Part shown: one piece after another, positions 62,142 to 64,000 of the stretch
Layout: the number at the start of each line of letters is the position of its first letter
How positions within the stretch are numbered: position 1 is the first letter of the stretch
Source of the DNA: an uncultured Spirochaetota bacterium
GTDB taxonomy: Bacteria > Spirochaetota > Spirochaetia > SZUA-6 > Fen-1364
Direction: 5' to 3'
NCBI GenBank assembly: GCA_963845535.1
Contig: CAWJSK010000019.1
Span: 128,001-192,000, forward strand
Length of the DNA stretch: 64,000 nt
The notes under the pieces: generated by a model
The model's database searches: none
Told to the model about the DNA's origin: nothing
Seen by the model: the letters and a program-made list of their open reading frames with translations, nothing else
Position numbers and translations under genes: made by a program

Positions 62142-62741
62142 TTACAGGCCGTCCGGCGATCTGAGCTCCGTCTGTTTCTGCCGCTCAGGCCGCATGGCGT
62201 CCCGCAGGGACGGCTTGGCGGACCGCACGACCCCTTGAGGCCCCACGAGCCAGGAGAGGGGGCGTTTTTCGCTGGCCACGGCTTCCCCCAGGAGCACCAG
62301 GCCGCGCATGAACGCGTCCGGGCTCGGCGGGCAGCCCTGCACGTACACGTCAACGGGAAGGAACGTATCCACCCCCTGGACCACGCTGTAGATGTCGTAC
62401 ATGCCGCCGGATCCCGCGCAGGATCCCATGCAGACGACCCAGCGCGGCTCCATCATTTGCTCGTACATGTGCATGACCAGGGGCGCCATCTTCACGAAGA
62501 CGGTCCCGGCAACCACCATGAGGTCCGCCTCCCGCGGTGATCCGCGGATGATTTCCGACCCGAAGCGCGCAATGTCAAATTTGCTCGTGATGGAGGTGGC
62601 CATTTCCACGTAACAGCAGGAAAGCCCGAAGTTGAACGGCCACAGGGAATACTTGCGGCTCCAGGCCAGCAGGTCGGCCCTGCGGGCCAGGTACAGGTCC
62701 CCATACGTGGACGCCCGAATATTGCCTGACTCAGTGTGCAC
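62142..62741 (-). CDS. nuoB: NADH-quinone oxidoreductase subunit B
   Basis: [28 protein letters not shown]. Confidence 0.94.
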   Translation of the reverse strand: MHTESGNIRASTYGDLYLARRADLLAWSRKYSLWPFNFGLSCCYVEMATSITSKFDIARFGSEIIRGSPREADLMVVAGTVFVKMAPLVMHMYEQMMEPRWVVCMGSCAGSGGMYDIYSVVQGVDTFLPVDVYVQGCPPSPDAFMRGLVLLGEAVASEKRPLSWLVGPQGVVRSAKPSLRDAMRPERQKQTELRSPDGL

Positions 62742-63138
62742 TGCTCACCCCATGCCTTTCCCGGTGCTCCCGCAGCCTCCGCGCCCCCCAGGCAAACGCC
62801 CCCATGCGCCACAGGTACGCGAGTCCCACCACCGTCTCGATCATGAACACAAGGATGGCCGCGTACCCCATCCAACCCAGGTCACGGACTGCCACGGCCC
62901 ATGCAAAAAGGAAGACTGCGGAAATGTCGAAGATGACGAAGAACATGGATACAAGGTAAAAGTCCGCGGAAAACCTCAAGCGAGCGGAGCCGGTTGGCTC
63001 CACGCCGGATTCATAGGGGTAATTGGTGCCCCTCTGGTTGTGGCGCTCACCTGAGAGATGAGTCACAATCATGAGAAGCCCGACAAGCACGACGACGACG
63101 GTGAGATAGACGGCCAGCGACAGCAGTGCGCTCATCAT
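62731..63138 (-). CDS. nuoA: NADH-quinone oxidoreductase subunit A
   Basis: [27 protein letters not shown]. Confidence 0.93.
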   Translation of the reverse strand: MMSALLSLAVYLTVVVVLVGLLMIVTHLSGERHNQRGTNYPYESGVEPTGSARLRFSADFYLVSMFFVIFDISAVFLFAWAVAVRDLGWMGYAAILVFMIETVVGLAYLWRMGAFAWGARRLREHRERHGVSSAH

Positions 63139-63184
63139 TTCTCCGCGGGTCACAGGATCGACGTTCGACGGTGCCACGGCGAAG

Positions 63185-63233
63185 CCGTGACAACATTCGC
63201 ATAAAATCTATAAACGCGGAGTCAGAGAGTCAA
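63185..63233 (-). promoter_or_regulatory. nuo operon promoter with an imperfect palindrome over the start site
   Basis: - strand TTGACT(63233-63228)-17-TAGATT(63210-63205); CGTGA-caacat-TCGCA at 63186-63201. Confidence 0.55.
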
Positions 63234-64000
63234 GGAATCGCTTGCGCAATCACGTAATCGAGCAGATCGTGAAGCGTTGTGCGGTATCTGGTGTCAGGAA
63301 GGGCGTTGAGGGCCGCCCGGGCGCGTTCTGCGTGCCCAAGGGCCTTGGCAAGAAGGTCCACCGTGGATTCCAGGCCGTGGTCCTTGTCCATGACGTCGTC
63401 GATCATCTGGAAGGCAAGGCCGAAATCCAGGCCGAGCTCGCTCACGCAGGAGAGGGTGGCGTTCGGCGCTTCTCCCAGGAGCGCGGCGGTCTTGCAACAG
63501 GCGGAGAAAAGCACCGCGGTCTTGTCCGTGGCAATTTCCTTGTATACCTCGAAGGTGAGCGGCCGGGCCGCGGAACGGGCTTCCTGGGCAAGGATTTCAC
63601 CCTTGCACATTGCCTTCGTGGTTTCCAGGAACACGTCCAGCATTGCAAAACGCTTGCGCGCTTCAATGCGGGAGAGCCCGGTGATGAGGGTGAAGAAGTG
63701 CGTGTACAGGATGTCTCCGGCGAGCACGGCAATCTTGTTCCCGAACATCTTGTTCAGGCTCACCTGGTGGCGCCGCGAATCCGCGCCGTCAATCACGTCG
63801 TCATGCACGAGGGAAGCGGCGTGGAGGACCTCCACTGCCGCGGCCAGCGAGACAAGGGAGTCCGCGTCCGCGCTGGCCTCCAGCGCGCGGTAGGAGAGCA
63901 GCACCAGCGCAGGGCGGATCCTCTTGCCGGGGACGGTAAACGGATGCTGGACGATCCCTCCAATGATCCCCAGGCGGGAGCGGTTGAGGTCCATCTCCGA
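63230..64000 (-). CDS. Polyprenyl diphosphate synthase family protein (5' end probably outside the window)
   Basis: GKRIRP, FARM LVHDDVID..RR, KTA, SARM FQMIDDVMD. Confidence 0.88.
   Translation of the reverse strand, partial: SEMDLNRSRLGIIGGIVQHPFTVPGKRIRPALVLLSYRALEASADADSLVSLAAAVEVLHAASLVHDDVIDGADSRRHQVSLNKMFGNKIAVLAGDILYTHFFTLITGLSRIEARKRFAMLDVFLETTKAMCKGEILAQEARSAARPLTFEVYKEIATDKTAVLFSACCKTAALLGEAPNATLSCVSELGLDFGLAFQMIDDVMDKDHGLESTVDLLAKALGHAERARAALNALPDTRYRTTLHDLLDYVIAQAIP

Overview
GC-rich bacterial chromosomal segment. It is most likely from a free-living Spirochaetia; this is inferred from the archaeal-type PyrH, lolA-rodZ-rimO, rplM-rpsI-recX and several spirochaete-like hypothetical proteins. 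The first ~26 kb is mixed housekeeping: pyrH, serA-like, UVR-motif proteins, a large TPR/Zn-finger protein, lolA, rodZ, rimO, uvrD/pcrA, folE2, a NagB-PIG-L fusion, tetR-fabF, ferredoxin, rplM/rpsI, recX, response regulators, glmS and a GlmU-like gene. The remaining ~38 kb is a contiguous energy-metabolism cluster: a TCA operon (acn, two mdh, sdhAB, sucCD, sucAB, gltA), a divergent F1Fo ATP synthase operon with a very short delta subunit, a TPR gene, fumC, a complete nuoA-N operon with fused nuoCD, and a polyprenyl synthetase. I found no rRNA, tRNA, CRISPR array or transposase. The most notable signals are: (i) two tandem 53-bp repeat clusters that start at stop codons and fold into conserved hairpins with A(N)GGA loops resembling CsrA sites, one of which contains the fumC Shine-Dalgarno; (ii) an ATP synthase that resembles Patescibacteria-type enzymes; (iii) TCA oddities (SdhAB with no anchor, E2o with no E3-binding domain, a divergent second MDH, an aconitase Cys-to-Ser cluster ligand). 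About seven apparent single-base frameshifts, six at + strand G runs, are probably assembly errors; one of them creates a false TetR-FabF fusion.
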